NCBI GenBank assembly: GCA_009377745.1
Contig: WHTK01000016.1
Location: forward strand, 1,328 to 65,327
Reading direction: 5' to 3'
DNA: 64,000 nt
Origin: Dehalococcoidia bacterium
GTDB taxonomy: Bacteria; Chloroflexota; Dehalococcoidia; DSTF01; WHTK01
In this document: positions 60,615 to 64,000 of the stretch, one piece after another
How positions within the stretch are numbered: position 1 is the stretch's first letter
How the letters are laid out: every line of letters starts with the position of its first letter
The notes under the pieces: generated by a model
Database searches by the model: none
What the model was told of the DNA's origin: nothing
What the model saw: only the letters and a program-made list of their open reading frames with translations
Position numbers and translations under genes: made by a program

Positions 60615-63380
60615 TCAGGGAGTTTGAGGCGGCACCGTCGGTACGCCAGGCCCGTTATTGCCGTTCACCTGTACAATCACGCTTGCTGTGAACTGGCCAC
60701 GCGCGACGTCTTCGACGACCAGCCGTAGCGTGTAAACCCCCGGCACAAGCCCCAGCGTATTCCAAACACCGAGCGTTCCGGACTGGACCGGCAACTCCGC
60801 CTGGAGGACCTGAGACCAGGAGCGGGGGGCGGCGCCGCTGGCATACTCGAGGCGGTAGTATTTGAAGTCCTGAGAGATGGCTCGGCCAGTGATTTGCACC
60901 AGGCCTGAGAGGCTCTCTTCGGCACTGGGAGAGACGATAATTGCTGGCAGGTCGGTGGATGCACCGCCCAACGCAGGGCTTCCGAGCTTACTAGTCTCGG
61001 TCGGCGCTAGCGGTAGATTAAGGGCGCTGGCCATTTCCAGAGCGCGCCGTTTATCTTCCTCTGTCTGCATCAGATCAAAGGGCAATACGAGCATCACTTT
61101 CTCTTCGACGAACTGGTCAGGCGTGTTCGCGCTCGCGAGGAGACCGTTGCGCATATCGATCCGTAAGGGCTGCCACCAGGTGTCCATCTCCACGGGCACT
61201 CGGTCCTTGACGAAGAGGTCCTTGCTCTTGCGGCCGCAGTGCTCCGTAGGAAGGCGACCGGACGGCAGGCAAATCTCCACCTCTACCACGTCCGCCGGCC
61301 GATCGAAGCTCGTCGCTTCGATGCCCCGATGGGCGTACCTGAAAGCATCGCGCATCGCACGGTATGCGATGGATGTGCTGACGATGTCAACGATGCAGTC
61401 GTTATCAGCGTTGCCCGCCCAGATGCCCACGACGAGGTCGGGTGAGTAACCGAAGGCCCAGGTCTCGCCGATTTTGCCGGCGCAGCGATCGTCCCTATCA
61501 AACGGCTCGCTGGTGCCGGTCTTCACACCGGCCTTATAGCCACTGATAGAGATGGCGCCACAGGCGCCGAATGTCACGCAATGGGCGTTCGGATCGGAGA
61601 GGATGTCCCAAACCAGATAAGCATAGGCGGAGTCAACCACACGCTGCTCGGCGCGATGCTCCTCGATGTCAAAGCGGGTGACATCGTTGCTGTCGACGAT
61701 CTTGAGGACCGAGATGGCGTCTACCAGGCGACCGTTGTCCGTTATAGGCACCTGGCCGCGCATCATGCCGCCGTTTGCCAGCACGCCGTAGCCGTACATC
61801 ATTTCTTCCAGCGTCACGTCCACGCCACCGGTGGCGATGGCGGGGCCATAGCCACCGCCGGCGGAGCAGCGGCTGAAGGTGTCAACAAAGCCCAGCTTGC
61901 GCGTGAGATTCACGATGCTTTGCGCGCCCACGGCCGCCGCCGTCTTATTGGCGGGAACGTTAAGCGAATTGCCCAGAGCGAAGCGGAGCGTTACGGGGCC
62001 GCGGAAGTTACGACCGGGATTGGTGGGGATGAAAGCGCGGCCCAGATCGTCCACGTAGGTGACCGGAGTGTCCAGGATCAACGTGCCCGGTCCCCAGCCA
62101 AGCTCCAGAAACGAGGTCAGGTAGGCGAAGGGCTTGAAGGACGAGCCCGGAGAGTTGCAGGCTAGGACGTTGTTAACCGAGCCGTCGATGTCATCCCGGA
62201 AGTAATCGCGGCTGCCGATCATCACCAGGATCTCTCCCGATTTGGGATCTATGAGCATCATGGAGCCGTTGTGGCTGTTCGAAACCGCCTCGAACTCGAG
62301 AATCCAGCCCTCCATGATCTGCTGGATCTCTTTCTGCAGCTCGAGGTCCAGAGTCGTGGTGACTACCAGGCCATCCGTGAACAGGGAGGGGCAGCCTTCG
62401 CCGGGTCTTCGTAGCGGGGGCTCACGCTTGCCATCGATCACCTCTTGATACAGCTGTGTGAGCTGAGGGCAGTCCAGAAGCGTGCGGAGCTGCGGCTCGA
62501 TGTAGGTCAGCACCCAGTGCGGCGCCTCGATCGGGAAGCGGCGCACCCTTGCCTCGATAGGTTCAGCGCGGGCTTGGGCGAACGCCTCCGGCGTCACCTC
62601 ATAGGACTCCTTCTCGCCGATCTGAATGCGGCCCTGGCGTACCATGAGGTCGAGGATCTCATTTCGACGTGCCTCCGCCTCCTCGGGTCGGGTCACCGGG
62701 TCATAGGCGAGCGGCGACTGAGGAATGCCAGCGACGAGAGCCGCCTCCGCCAGAGTCAGGTCCTTGGCCGGCTTACCGAAGTAGCCTCGTGCGGCGGCCT
62801 CCACGCCGTAGTAGACGCCGCCGTAGCTGATCTCATTGACGTACCATTCCAAGATGCGCTCCTTGCTGTAGCGTTGCGTGAGCTCTAGAGCGTAGAACGT
62901 CTCCTTGATCTTGCGGTTGATCCCGTCCGTGCTCCACCGCTCCTGGCGGGACTCTTCGTCGATGTAGACGTTCTTCACCAGCTGCTGCGTGATCGAACTG
63001 CCGCCTGAGCCCGAGAATAGCTCGGTGCCGCTGAAGGGGCTGTTCTCCCAGGCTGCACGCAAGAGGCCCTTTACGTTGACGCCCGGGTTGGTGAAGAAGC
63101 TGTTGTCCTCGGTAGCAATGGTGGCAGCGAGGAAGGCCTCGGACACGTCTTCCAACTTGATAGGGCGACGCAGACCGGCCTCGTCGTCAACGTATTCGTA
63201 AAGCTCCCTACCGTTCCGGTCGAGGATCCGTGCCCCATAGGACGGTTGGTTGATCGCTAGCACTTCTGGTGCGACGAAGTCTTCCGCATATCTGTCATAC
63301 GTAATGATGACCGCCACGGCGAGCACGACCAGGCCACTGACGCCAAAGGCAGCAAAGGTAGCGACGAGGCAAAGCGGCAC
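60615..63380 (-). CDS. Class A penicillin-binding protein (transglycosylase/transpeptidase)
   Basis: ATEDNSF, GSSITQQLVKN, RKIKE, SSFK, SLN, KTGT. Confidence 0.93.
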   Translation of the reverse strand: MPLCLVATFAAFGVSGLVVLAVAVIITYDRYAEDFVAPEVLAINQPSYGARILDRNGRELYEYVDDEAGLRRPIKLEDVSEAFLAATIATEDNSFFTNPGVNVKGLLRAAWENSPFSGTELFSGSGGSSITQQLVKNVYIDEESRQERWSTDGINRKIKETFYALELTQRYSKERILEWYVNEISYGGVYYGVEAAARGYFGKPAKDLTLAEAALVAGIPQSPLAYDPVTRPEEAEARRNEILDLMVRQGRIQIGEKESYEVTPEAFAQARAEPIEARVRRFPIEAPHWVLTYIEPQLRTLLDCPQLTQLYQEVIDGKREPPLRRPGEGCPSLFTDGLVVTTTLDLELQKEIQQIMEGWILEFEAVSNSHNGSMMLIDPKSGEILVMIGSRDYFRDDIDGSVNNVLACNSPGSSFKPFAYLTSFLELGWGPGTLILDTPVTYVDDLGRAFIPTNPGRNFRGPVTLRFALGNSLNVPANKTAAAVGAQSIVNLTRKLGFVDTFSRCSAGGGYGPAIATGGVDVTLEEMMYGYGVLANGGMMRGQVPITDNGRLVDAISVLKIVDSNDVTRFDIEEHRAEQRVVDSAYAYLVWDILSDPNAHCVTFGACGAISISGYKAGVKTGTSEPFDRDDRCAGKIGETWAFGYSPDLVVGIWAGNADNDCIVDIVSTSIAYRAMRDAFRYAHRGIEATSFDRPADVVEVEICLPSGRLPTEHCGRKSKDLFVKDRVPVEMDTWWQPLRIDMRNGLLASANTPDQFVEEKVMLVLPFDLMQTEEDKRRALEMASALNLPLAPTETSKLGSPALGGASTDLPAIIVSPSAEESLSGLVQITGRAISQDFKYYRLEYASGAAPRSWSQVLQAELPVQSGTLGVWNTLGLVPGVYTLRLVVEDVARGQFTASVIVQVNGNNGPGVPTVPPQTP

Positions 63381-63543
63381 ACTGGTCGCGCGATTCCCTT
63401 TGCGACGCGCCAGGATGCGGCGTACGTGACGCCGGTAGGTGCTAGAGATGTTAGCCTTGTGGGCGATATGTAGGTCGCGACCCGTCTTCGTGTCAGTTCC
63501 TCCAGTAAATCCGAGCAGGTTCGCCGCCCGCTCTATTTCAACC

Positions 63544-63585
63544 TAAGAGGGGGCGGGTGAGGACATCCTCTCCCACCCCCTCTTA
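63544..63585. terminator. Intergenic stem-loop
   Basis: TAAGAGGGGG...CCCCCTCTTA. Confidence 0.55.
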
Positions 63586-63592
63586 ATCGGCC

Positions 63593-64000
63593 TTAAGGCT
63601 TTACAGCCTTTGCCCGCCAATGCAGTGCGGCGAGCATCAAGAGAGCCGCGAGCAGGCCCGCACCTTCCCATGACGACTCGTCGTGGCGAGCAGGGTCTGC
63701 GAGACCACCCTCACCAGCACGAGGCGGGACAAAACCATTGCCGGGCGGTGTTCGCGGGATTTCCACCGGGCTAGACGGCGGTAGCGGCACCCCAACCTGG
63801 GATACGGGCGGTCGAGGCGCTGTCGGCTGAGGCGACACCGGAGCGGGTTGCGGTGTCGGCGGCTGGATGATGATGACGGTGGGCCCGCTATTCCCATGCC
63901 CATCGTCGTCACCACCGTTTCCGCCGTTACCTCCGTCACCACCGTCCGTTGGACCAGTCGGCGTGACCAGCACAAGCACCGTCGCCGTGGCCGTGAGGCC
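63593..64000 (-). CDS. C-terminus of a Pro/Gly-rich surface protein (5' end outside window)
   Basis: Pro-rich linker, PPRAG sorting-like motif, TM helix, basic tail. Confidence 0.6.
   Translation of the reverse strand, partial: GLTATATVLVLVTPTGPTDGGDGGNGGNGGDDDGHGNSGPTVIIIQPPTPQPAPVSPQPTAPRPPVSQVGVPLPPSSPVEIPRTPPGNGFVPPRAGEGGLADPARHDESSWEGAGLLAALLMLAALHWRAKAVKP

Noticed and set aside
165..63975. Many long antisense or alternative-frame ORFs in the track (e.g. 1270-1980, 17108-17980, 27922-28986, 55780-56547)
   Set aside because: Shadow ORFs of real GC-rich genes; Arg/Ala/Ser-rich with no motifs.

Overview
GC-rich bacterial accessory region. The gene repertoire and GAAC-N4-GTTC LexA-type boxes suggest Chloroflexota/Dehalococcoidia (inference). 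It reads as an integration hotspot built from decayed tRNA-targeted islands. One intact tyrosine integrase (4661-5719) sits next to a tRNA-Lys 3' fragment. There are also two tRNA-Gly(TCC) 3' fragments, a degenerate full tRNA-Gly and a tRNA-Lys 5' half. Five co-oriented copies of a small HTH ORF fused to a tRNA-Asn-like 3' end divide 23.5-56.8 kb into 5-11 kb cargo blocks resembling a cassette array. Cargo includes: a nitrate/nitrite assimilation operon with no canonical nitrate reductase but a stand-alone sulfite-oxidase-family Mo domain and a NifI1/NifI2-type P-II pair; two ChrB-type regulators with matching palindromes; a P1B ATPase; vapBC; a methyltransferase-GT2-YqcI/YcgG-DUF1989 operon; a DUF11 surface protein; and a redox block with a probable selenocysteine ArsM-like methyltransferase. 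Many genes are fragments joined abruptly, and one ~315 bp inversion breaks two genes. Several single-base frameshifts in otherwise intact genes may be sequencing errors. All calls come from reading motifs by eye; no database searches were run.
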